From: Candidatus Velthaea sp.
Lineage (GTDB): Bacteria > Vulcanimicrobiota > Vulcanimicrobiia > Vulcanimicrobiales > Vulcanimicrobiaceae
Assembly: GCA_965214935.1 (NCBI GenBank)
Contig: CBDCCS010000004.1
Span: 32,001-96,000 of the forward strand
DNA: 64,000 nt
Direction of reading: 5' to 3'
Below, piece by piece: positions 29,489-37,605 of this stretch; positions within the stretch are counted from its first letter, which is position 1; every line of letters begins with the position of its first letter. The notes under the pieces were generated by a model that was given only the letters and a program-made list of their open reading frames with translations, ran no database searches and was not told the DNA's origin. Made by a program: the position numbers and the translations under genes.

Positions 29489-30340
29489 ATGCGGCGTCTT
29501 GTCATCGTAACGGGGCTGTCGGGCGCGGGCAAGAGCCAGGCGCTAAAATCGTTCGAGGATCTCGGCTTCGCATGCCTCGATAATCTGCCGCCGGTTCTTT
29601 GCCCGCAGTTCGTCGCACTCGTCGAACGTGCAAGGATCGAGCGAGCGGCAATTGCACTCGACGTGCGGACCGCCGGACCGTTCGGTGACGCGATCACGAC
29701 GATCGGCGACCTTTGGACGGCCGGTGAAAAGCCGGAGTTGTTATTCCTCGACGCCGACGACGCGACCGTCGTGCGACGCTACAGCGAAACGCGGCGGCGC
29801 CATCCGTTCGGCGAAAGCACGCTGCATCTCACGGATGCCATTGCCGCGGAACGTAACGCCTTGGCGCCTTTGCGCGATCGCGCCGATCACGTATGGGACA
29901 CGTCGCGCTTGACGCACGGCATGCTCAAAGAACGTATCGAGGCAACGTTCGCGAGCGGCGTCAAGCAGATGCAGATATCACTGATCGCCTTCGGCTTCAA
30001 ATACGGCATTCCGCTGGACTGCGATCTGCTCTTCGACGTCCGGTTTTTGCCGAATCCTAATTACGTTCCGGCGCTCAAACCATTGACGGGTAACGATGCG
30101 GCGGTTGCCGCGTATCTCGAAGTGCTGCCGCAAACCGAGCAGTTTCTGGGACACCTGTTGCCGATGCTCGACTTCTTGCTGCCGCGTTATCGCAGCGAAG
30201 GCAAGTCGCAGTTAACGATTGCGATCGGTTGTACCGGCGGACGGCATCGCTCGGTTTACTTGGCGCGCCGGCTCGAGCGCCATCTCTTGGCGACCGATGA
30301 GGCGGTCGTCAGCGTGCAAGAACGCGACTCGTACCGATGA
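29489..30340 (+). CDS. rapZ: RNase adapter RapZ (YvcJ family P-loop NTPase)
   Basis: VTGLSGAGKS, DNLPP, YSETRRRHP, FGFKYGIP, DVRFLPNP, GCTGGRHRSV. Confidence 0.95.
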   Translation: MRRLVIVTGLSGAGKSQALKSFEDLGFACLDNLPPVLCPQFVALVERARIERAAIALDVRTAGPFGDAITTIGDLWTAGEKPELLFLDADDATVVRRYSETRRRHPFGESTLHLTDAIAAERNALAPLRDRADHVWDTSRLTHGMLKERIEATFASGVKQMQISLIAFGFKYGIPLDCDLLFDVRFLPNPNYVPALKPLTGNDAAVAAYLEVLPQTEQFLGHLLPMLDFLLPRYRSEGKSQLTIAIGCTGGRHRSVYLARRLERHLLATDEAVVSVQERDSYR

Positions 30341-31701
30341 CCCCGCTGCAGCGTTCGTTCGATCTCATTCGCTGGCTGCTACCGGGCTTAGGCGTAAAAC
30401 GCTGGCTGCTTATCGCGCTTGCCGGAGCGATCGTGCTTGTGAACGGCGTGTCGCGCTGGTTCACCGACGAGGGCTCGAGCTTCCGCGTCAATGAGTTCGT
30501 CGACACGATTACCAGCGACTTTCTTAACCCAAGTTACCTCTCGTATATCGAGATTGCGCTCGGCGCAATTCTCGTCGCAGTGGGCATCTGGCGCTGGCTC
30601 AATTCGATCGTCACCGCGCTCACGCCGTACGGTAAAGAGCGCGTCATCGACGCCCTCTACGCATCGCGCCTTAAGAGCGGCTATAAGATCGTCACGATCG
30701 GCGGCGGTACCGGACTGTCGACCATGCTGCGCGGGCTCAAACGTCACACGTCGAATTTGACGGCCGTCGTTACCGTGAGCGATGACGGCGGCAGCTCGGG
30801 ACGCTTACAAAAAGAACTGGGCGTTCTGCCGCCCGGCGATATTCGCAATTGCCTGGTCGCACTCGCCGACGACGAAGCACTCGTGACCGATCTCTTCCGC
30901 TACCGCTTTTCCGAAGGCGAAGGGCTGACGGGACACTCGTTCGGCAATCTCTTTCTCGCTGCAATGACCGGTATAACCGGCAATTTTGATGAGGCGATCA
31001 AAGTATCGAGCCGCGTGCTCAACATCAAAGGCCGCGTGCTGCCGGCGACGCTGGCGACGGCGCGGCTGTGCGCCACGCTCGTGGACGGTACGGTCATCGA
31101 GGGCGAATCGAACATTTCCCGCTCGACCAAAGCCATCGCCGACGTGTTCCTCGATCCGCCGTTTGCCGCGCCGCTCGATGAAGTCATCGAAGCGATCCGC
31201 GATGCCGACGCCGTCGTGCTCGGTCCCGGCTCGCTCTACACGTCGATCATGCCGAATCTACTCGTCGATCGCATCGCTCGCGAAGTCGCCGCGGCGAACG
31301 CGGTAAGAATTTACGTCTGCAACGTAATGACGCAGCCCGGCGAAACGGACGCGTATACGGCGTCCGCCCACGTCAAGACGCTGTTGGAGCGCGCAAAGGC
31401 GCGTGTCTGCGATGTCGTCGTCGTCAACGATCAACTACCGCGCAAACTACGCGACGCGTATGCCGTCGAGGGCCAACTGCCGGTCGTCGCCGACACGGCA
31501 GCCGTTGAGGCGCTGGGTGTGCGCGTGGTTCGTGCCGCCGTCATTAGCGAGACGCAGAACGTTCGGCATGATTCGGAGAAGCTTGCCGCCGTCGTCGTCG
31601 GCATCATCGACGAAGCCGTGGCATCGCGCGCTTCGTATGTGAAATTCCGCTCCGAGGCGTACCCTGCGGCAAAAACAAGCGGAGCCGATCGCGCGTCATG
31701 A
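30337..31701 (+). CDS. yvcK: YvcK/gluconeogenesis factor family protein with N-terminal membrane segments
   Basis: IGGGTGLS, DDGGSSGRL, PPGDIRNCL, GPGSLYTS, NVMTQPGET; coupled to rapZ. Confidence 0.92.
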   Translation: MTPLQRSFDLIRWLLPGLGVKRWLLIALAGAIVLVNGVSRWFTDEGSSFRVNEFVDTITSDFLNPSYLSYIEIALGAILVAVGIWRWLNSIVTALTPYGKERVIDALYASRLKSGYKIVTIGGGTGLSTMLRGLKRHTSNLTAVVTVSDDGGSSGRLQKELGVLPPGDIRNCLVALADDEALVTDLFRYRFSEGEGLTGHSFGNLFLAAMTGITGNFDEAIKVSSRVLNIKGRVLPATLATARLCATLVDGTVIEGESNISRSTKAIADVFLDPPFAAPLDEVIEAIRDADAVVLGPGSLYTSIMPNLLVDRIAREVAAANAVRIYVCNVMTQPGETDAYTASAHVKTLLERAKARVCDVVVVNDQLPRKLRDAYAVEGQLPVVADTAAVEALGVRVVRAAVISETQNVRHDSEKLAAVVVGIIDEAVASRASYVKFRSEAYPAAKTSGADRAS

Positions 31702-31705
31702 CGGA

Positions 31706-32995
31706 TTAGGCGAACTGCGCGCGCAGGATCTCGCCGGCCCGGCGCGCAGCATCGGCCAGCGCGGCGATCGTGCTGAAGTTTTCGGGGAGCTTGAGCATCG
31801 TCCGGGCCAATTCGAGTGTGGCGCTTTCGCAAGCGGCCCGCCGGTCAACGTCGGCAATCTCCAAAAAGTCGCCGACATGCGCGAAGCCTAAAATGCGCCG
31901 GATCATCTTTACCGCGGCAAATCCAATCATGTCGACATAAACACCGTCGACGAAGCGCACTCGTTCGGCCTGCAGCGCGGCGCGGCTTGACGGGTCGACA
32001 AAAAGGTCGGCCGGGTAGACATCGCCGGCCGGATTTGCTTCCCACAATGCAAGAAAGCGCTCGCGAAAGTGGTCCCAAAAGAGCGGCAATTGCGCGAGAA
32101 TCCAGGTCTGTGTCTGCAATCGCGAATCGGCCGTCGTTGCGTGCCCGGGCTGCGAAAGATAACTGATGAGCAGGTTGCCGATGAACGCGCCGAGGTCGAA
32201 GCCGATCGGCCCATACAACGCAAACTCCGGATCGATCACCCGGGTATCGTTTGGCGTCACCATCACCGAACCCGAGTGCAAGTCGCCGTGAATAAGCGCT
32301 TGCGGACAGGCTAAAAACCGCCGGCCAAGCCGCGCCGCGGCAACTTTCAGCTCGGCGTCGGCACGAAACGCAGCGCCGATGTCGTCGAGTTGCGGGCGGG
32401 TCGGCGTATTGCGTTCCGATTCACGATACGGATCGTGAAAAACCAAATCCGCGGTGATGCGCAACAACCCGTGATTGCGCGCAAAGAGCGCGATACCGTC
32501 CATCTTGGTTTCTAACGCTACGGCAAAATCAGACGTGTAAAAGCTGGCGAGTGCAACATACTCGGCGACGTCTCGCGTGACGTGCGGATACGTCGTCCCC
32601 GCGATGAGTCCGCGCCGCAAAATGATGTGCGGCGTCAGCTGTTCCATGACGATGCAAAACAGCTCGGCTTCGTAATGATACATCGCCGGCACCAACGGGC
32701 CGACGATCGGTTCGATCGCTTGAAAGTATGAATGCTCGAAAAACGTTCGTTCGACCGGTAAGCGCCAGGTTCGTACGGCACGCACGTGCGGCAGCGATTG
32801 TTTGACGCACAGGTTCCCGTCGGGTCCGTCGACGAGAAAGACGAGATTGAGATTACCGTCTCCGACTTCGCGAATGTTCCAGTCTGCGGACCGGCCGCCT
32901 AACCGATTCCGAGCTGCCGGTAACGCCCAGAGATAGTCGCGCAGCCGCGGGATGTCGAATTCGGCGTAACCCGGCGGCGGAGACAAAACGCTCAT
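31706..32995 (-). CDS. mtnK: S-methyl-5-thioribose kinase
   Basis: EVGDGNLNLVF, HGDLHSGS, IDPEFALYGPIGFDLG, RRILGFAHV. Confidence 0.95.
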   Translation of the reverse strand: MSVLSPPPGYAEFDIPRLRDYLWALPAARNRLGGRSADWNIREVGDGNLNLVFLVDGPDGNLCVKQSLPHVRAVRTWRLPVERTFFEHSYFQAIEPIVGPLVPAMYHYEAELFCIVMEQLTPHIILRRGLIAGTTYPHVTRDVAEYVALASFYTSDFAVALETKMDGIALFARNHGLLRITADLVFHDPYRESERNTPTRPQLDDIGAAFRADAELKVAAARLGRRFLACPQALIHGDLHSGSVMVTPNDTRVIDPEFALYGPIGFDLGAFIGNLLISYLSQPGHATTADSRLQTQTWILAQLPLFWDHFRERFLALWEANPAGDVYPADLFVDPSSRAALQAERVRFVDGVYVDMIGFAAVKMIRRILGFAHVGDFLEIADVDRRAACESATLELARTMLKLPENFSTIAALADAARRAGEILRAQFA

Positions 32996-33019
32996 CCGCG
33001 GGCTATTCGCGCAGTCGTA

Positions 33020-33358
33020 CTAGCGGCTTTTTTTAAGCGCGATATTGACCGTCAACGTTTCACCCGGCTGCGGCGAGATGCTATACTGCGGTTGCGCGGT
33101 GCGGTACCCGGCGGGCGCGGCAACTTGCAGTTCGTTGGGTCCGATCGGAAAATTCGCGATCTTATACGTGCCGTCCGACGCCGACGTTGCGTTTAAAACG
33201 ACCGATCCGGTGATGACGACTCCGCCAAGCGGTGCGTTGGAGTCGGCATCGTACACGCGACCCGTAATGGTCGCGTAATTTTGAGCCGGTGGAATCGCCG
33301 GACCGCTGCAGCCGGCGAGCACCGCAACGAGCAACAAACCGAAGCGCGTGCGTTTCAT
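33020..33358 (-). CDS. Small lipoprotein with a carboxypeptidase-regulatory-like (transthyretin-fold) domain
   Basis: MKRTRFGLLLVAVLAGC lipobox; TITGRVYDADSNAPLGGVVI...DGTYKI. Confidence 0.8.
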   Translation of the reverse strand: MKRTRFGLLLVAVLAGCSGPAIPPAQNYATITGRVYDADSNAPLGGVVITGSVVLNATSASDGTYKIANFPIGPNELQVAAPAGYRTAQPQYSISPQPGETLTVNIALKKSR

Positions 33359-33375
33359 CGCCCGCGACGTTCTCG

Positions 33376-33729
33376 TCAGGCGACCGCGACGCCCTCTTCG
33401 GCGTCCTGACGATCCATGTTCCCGCTCTTCTCCTCGAGCAGCCAACGGTTTGCATCGTCGCGCCGTTCATCCGATACGCGGGCTTTGAGCCAGCCGGCAA
33501 TCTCTGCATCGGTCGTACATGAATCGAGCGCGGCGTCGAATACGCGCGCCGTGATGCCCCAACGATCGAAGACGCCGCGGTCCATCGGGCACGGATAAAT
33601 GTAGTCGTGGATCGTGCCGTTCTTTGCCGCGCGCGCTTTATCGAACGCCCGGCCAAGCCATAAGTATCCCTCGATATTCTCGCGTCCACGGCGCGGAAAA
33701 TCGTGTCCGCTGCGAAAGTCCGTTGCCAC
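33376..33729 (-). CDS. DUF5069 domain protein
   Basis: PRRGRENIEGYLWLGRAFDKARA...GTIHDYIYPCPMD; GTG after gaggag. Confidence 0.8.
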   Translation of the reverse strand: MATDFRSGHDFPRRGRENIEGYLWLGRAFDKARAAKNGTIHDYIYPCPMDRGVFDRWGITARVFDAALDSCTTDAEIAGWLKARVSDERRDDANRWLLEEKSGNMDRQDAEEGVAVA

Positions 33730-33823
33730 GTAGCTCTCCTCGTGTTTCGGGCGCGCGCGACAGATGTCGCGCGTACCCCTTGACGCAGGCAGCTTTCCCG
33801 CAGTTGCGGAAGCGCGAAACCTG

Positions 33824-35218
33824 ATGATCAGCACACCTCCGGCGCAATCCGCGAAGCCGGCATATTTCAACGACGCACTCGAAGCCGTCGGACGAACGCC
33901 GCTCGTTCGGCTCAATAAAGTCATTGACGACGCCAAGTGTCTCGTTCTGGCGAAGGTCGAATACGTCAATCCGGGCGGAAGCGTTAAGGACCGGCCGGCG
34001 GTCGAGATGATTCGCGATGCCGAAGCGCGCGGCGTTCTGCGTGCCGGTGCAACGATCATCGAAGCGACCAGCGGCAATACCGGCACGGGTCTTGCGATGG
34101 CGGCCGCGATTCGCGGCTATCGCTGCATTCTCGTCATGCCCGACAAAATGTCCAAAGAAAAAATCGACTTGCTCAAAGCCTACGGCGCCGAAGTCGTCGT
34201 CACGCCCACGAGCGTGCCGAACGAGTCGCCCGAATCGTACTACAGCGTGGCGAATCGGCTGACCGCCGAAATTCCCGGCGCGTTTCAACCCGATCAGTGG
34301 CATAACACCAACAATCCCGATGCCCACTACCGGACGACCGGACCCGAAATTTGGGAGCAGACCGCCGGTACGATCACGCACTTTGTAAGCGGCATGGGGA
34401 CGGGCGGCACGATCTCGGGCACGGCGCGTTTTCTCAAGGAGCAGAACCCGGCCATCCATGTCGTCGGCGCCGATCCGGAAGGCTCGATCTATTCGGGCGA
34501 TACGCCGAAGTCGTATAAAGTCGAAGGCATCGGCATGAGCTATCTGCCGCAGACCGTCGACATGCGCGTCATCGATCAAATTTTGCGCATCTCCGACAAA
34601 GAAAGCTTCTTGATGGCGCGACGGGTCACGCGCGAGGAAGGTTTGCTGGTCGGCGGATCGTCGGGAACCGCCGTTGCCGCGGCGGCGCGGATCGCTGCAA
34701 CGCTTCCGGCCGATGCGATCTTAGTCGTGATGATGCCGGATTCGGGTCGCGGGTACATGTCGAAGATCTTTAACGACGAGTGGATGATGGCCAACGGCTT
34801 CATCGGTGACGATAAACGCAAAGATACCGTCGGCGACGTGCTGCGCTCGAAAGAGCCGCTACCGCCCATGATTACCGTTACCGAGACCGCCGTCGTTCGC
34901 GAAGCACTCGATTTGTTACGCAAATACGAGATCTCGCAATTGCCGGTCACGCGCGGCAACGACGTCGTCGGGTCGATCAACGATGTGGGCGTCATGCAGG
35001 CGGTCTTCGATCATGCCGATTTATTACACAAACCGGTGAGCGATGTGATGGGCCGTCCGTTTCCCATGCTCGAGACCGACATCGCGGTCGATCGGGCGTA
35101 TAAACTGCTGACGCTCTCAAACGCGGCGATCGTCGCGACCGAGGGCGGCCGGCCGGTCGGCGTTCTTACCCGTCAGGATATCATCAGCTTTCTCTCCGCC
35201 TCGAGCATGCCGCAGTAA
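33824..35218 (+). CDS. cbs: Cystathionine beta-synthase with C-terminal CBS domains
   Basis: KVEYVNPGGSVKDR, TSGNTG, GMGTGGT, PDSGRGYMSKIFNDEW, CBS pair. Confidence 0.93.
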   Translation: MISTPPAQSAKPAYFNDALEAVGRTPLVRLNKVIDDAKCLVLAKVEYVNPGGSVKDRPAVEMIRDAEARGVLRAGATIIEATSGNTGTGLAMAAAIRGYRCILVMPDKMSKEKIDLLKAYGAEVVVTPTSVPNESPESYYSVANRLTAEIPGAFQPDQWHNTNNPDAHYRTTGPEIWEQTAGTITHFVSGMGTGGTISGTARFLKEQNPAIHVVGADPEGSIYSGDTPKSYKVEGIGMSYLPQTVDMRVIDQILRISDKESFLMARRVTREEGLLVGGSSGTAVAAAARIAATLPADAILVVMMPDSGRGYMSKIFNDEWMMANGFIGDDKRKDTVGDVLRSKEPLPPMITVTETAVVREALDLLRKYEISQLPVTRGNDVVGSINDVGVMQAVFDHADLLHKPVSDVMGRPFPMLETDIAVDRAYKLLTLSNAAIVATEGGRPVGVLTRQDIISFLSASSMPQ

Positions 35219-35353
35219 GCAGTCGAACCTCGAACTAGCCCCGCAATAAGACCGTGTCGAGTGACGGTCCTGCGGGCGCTGCCGGGCGGCGCGCAGCCTT
35301 AGCGCCGGTTACCCCAGACCGGGCCGGCACGCGCGCAGGGCGAAGAGACGGAC

Positions 35354-36511
35354 ATGGATTTTAGTACGCGAGCCATTCATGCCGGACAAGGCGCCGATCC
35401 GACGACTGGGGCAACGATCGTACCGGTGTATCAGACATCGACATACACCCAAACCGCCGCCGGTGAGCATCGAGGTTTCGATTACAGCCGCACCGTAAAC
35501 CCGACCCGTCAGGCTCTCGAAACGCAGCTCGCGGCGCTCGAAGACGCGCGGTACGGCTCGGCCTTTGCCAGCGGCATGGCTGCGACGGCAGCGGTCCTCG
35601 ATCTTCTCTCGGCGGGCGATCACGTTGTCGTGACCGACGATCTGTACGGCGGCACGTACCGGTTGTTCGCGCGTGTTTTAACACGCTACGGACTGACGTT
35701 CAGCTTCGTAGACATGAGCGATCTCGATGCCGTGCGGGCGGCGGTGCAGCCGAACACCAAGCTGTTCTGGATCGAGACGCCGACGAATCCGCTCCTCAAA
35801 CTTGTCGACATTACCGCCGTTTGCGCGCTGCGGCCCGCCGGTGGCGTCGTCGTCGTCGACAACACGTTTGCTTCACCGTACTTTCAACTGCCGTTGGCGC
35901 TCGGCGCCGACATCGTCGTGCACTCGACGACCAAATATATCGGCGGGCACAGTGACGTCATCGGCGGCGCCGCTCTGACGAACGACTCGGCGTTATTCGA
36001 GACGATTAAGTTTCATCAAAACGCCGTCGGCGGCATCCCCGGGCCGCTCGATGCGTGGCTGACCATGCGCGGTGCCAAAACACTTGCGCTGCGGATGCGC
36101 GAACACGAGGCGAATGCCACACGCATTGCGGCTTATTTGGAATCACGCGACGACATCGCGCGTGTGTACTATCCCGGTCTTGCCTCGCATCCGCAACATG
36201 CGCTCGCCAAGCGTCAAATGAGCGGATTCGGCGGCATGCTCTCGTTCACGCTGCGCGGACCCGATGCGCGCGCACACGAGTTCGTCAAACATACGGCGCT
36301 TTTTAGTTTGGCCGAAAGTCTCGGCGGCGTCGAATCGCTCATTTCGATCCCCGCCGTGATGACGCATGGTTCGATTCCGGCACAAGAACGGCTCCGACGC
36401 GGCGTAACCAACGGTCTCGTGCGGCTCTCGGTCGGCATCGAAGGCATCGATGACCTCATCGCCGACCTCGGCCAAGCTCTCGACGTTACGCTCGAACTCG
36501 CCCAGGTGTAG
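35354..36511 (+). CDS. Cystathionine gamma-lyase/synthase
   Basis: YSRTVNPTR, ETPTNP, HSTTKYIGGHSD, LAESLGGVESL. Confidence 0.93.
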   Translation: MDFSTRAIHAGQGADPTTGATIVPVYQTSTYTQTAAGEHRGFDYSRTVNPTRQALETQLAALEDARYGSAFASGMAATAAVLDLLSAGDHVVVTDDLYGGTYRLFARVLTRYGLTFSFVDMSDLDAVRAAVQPNTKLFWIETPTNPLLKLVDITAVCALRPAGGVVVVDNTFASPYFQLPLALGADIVVHSTTKYIGGHSDVIGGAALTNDSALFETIKFHQNAVGGIPGPLDAWLTMRGAKTLALRMREHEANATRIAAYLESRDDIARVYYPGLASHPQHALAKRQMSGFGGMLSFTLRGPDARAHEFVKHTALFSLAESLGGVESLISIPAVMTHGSIPAQERLRRGVTNGLVRLSVGIEGIDDLIADLGQALDVTLELAQV

Positions 36512-36523
36512 ACGCTGTGCGGC

Positions 36524-37552
36524 TTAACCGCGGTCGAGGACTTCGGCGAGTGCGGGCAGCGAAATCTCGTAGCGGTAGCCGACGTTACGATGATCGTCGT
36601 CGAACTCCTCATGACGCACCGTCAGACCGAGATCGCGCACGCGCTGGGCGAAAATTCGGGCACCGATGTCGAGCGCGTATTCGTCGCGCCGGCCGCAATC
36701 CAGATAGCGCAAGCGAAGATCGGCGAGGGCCGTTGCACCGGCTGCGACGCGTTCGACCGGATCGTAACCTAACCAGCACCCGAAAACGTCGTCACGCAAC
36801 TCGCCTGTAACGCCGTCGAACGGCAGCTCAAAGGCAAAAGCTTCGGCACGCTGCGGACTGTAGGCAGCGGCGTAGCCGAGTATCTCGATCGTCGTGTAAA
36901 AATGCTGCGGGCGCTTGGGACGGCGCTCGAACTCTTCGACGAAGGCACGCGCACTTGTAAATGTTTCGAGCGTACGCGAAACGGTCGCGAACGCCGGGAT
37001 GTGCGCGTAGCGAAAATACGTATCGCCGCTATGCGATGCAAACGCACTAAACGTGCCGGGATGCGCGAGACTCAGGTGCAGCGCGCCGAAGCCGCCGGAC
37101 GATTTGCCGAATACCGCCCGGCCTCCGGCGTGCGCCAATGTCCGGTAACGTGCATCGACATGACCGATGACGTCGCGCACGACGTACGTTGCGTAATCAC
37201 CGTTGTGCAATGAGTCCACGTACTGCGACCCGCCTAGTCGCGTGTTGCCGTCGACGATCGCTAAGATTGCCGGCTGCATCGCGCCGCGTGCGATGAGCCG
37301 GTCGAACCATTGCACGACGTTGGTTTCCCACGGCCGCGTTGCAACGAGCGCGCCGACATCGCCGGTGTAGCCGTGCAAACAGTACAGCACGCCGTAGCGC
37401 GTCGAGCCGGCCGGATCGTAGTTCGGCGGCGTATACACGGCAACGGGACGAACCGAAGGATCGCCGAGCGGATTGCCGGCCAACGCGGCACTATCGATCC
37501 AATCGAGATGCAGATTTCCGGTGAGGCTGAGGAGTCGATCGAGGTCGTGCAC
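36524..37552 (-). CDS. Alpha/beta-hydrolase esterase (enterochelin esterase-like)
   Basis: GNPLGDPSVRPVAVYTPP, GKSSGGFGA, DCGRRDEY, HEEFDDDH. Confidence 0.85.
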   Translation of the reverse strand: MHDLDRLLSLTGNLHLDWIDSAALAGNPLGDPSVRPVAVYTPPNYDPAGSTRYGVLYCLHGYTGDVGALVATRPWETNVVQWFDRLIARGAMQPAILAIVDGNTRLGGSQYVDSLHNGDYATYVVRDVIGHVDARYRTLAHAGGRAVFGKSSGGFGALHLSLAHPGTFSAFASHSGDTYFRYAHIPAFATVSRTLETFTSARAFVEEFERRPKRPQHFYTTIEILGYAAAYSPQRAEAFAFELPFDGVTGELRDDVFGCWLGYDPVERVAAGATALADLRLRYLDCGRRDEYALDIGARIFAQRVRDLGLTVRHEEFDDDHRNVGYRYEISLPALAEVLDRG

Positions 37553-37605
37553 CGCGCACAGCTTGCACCAGGGCAGCCCGGCGCGCCTCCCTAACAACGC
37601 GCGCG

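Noticed and set aside
29279..29697. Long mutually overlapping N-terminal extensions of rapZ and the DUF2203 gene in the ORF track
   Set aside because: Family homology begins at 29489 and 29487; the extensions are just antisense of the opposite gene
33730..33823. SAM riboswitch or T-box upstream of cystathionine beta-synthase
   Set aside because: The gap is too short and no consensus elements are visible
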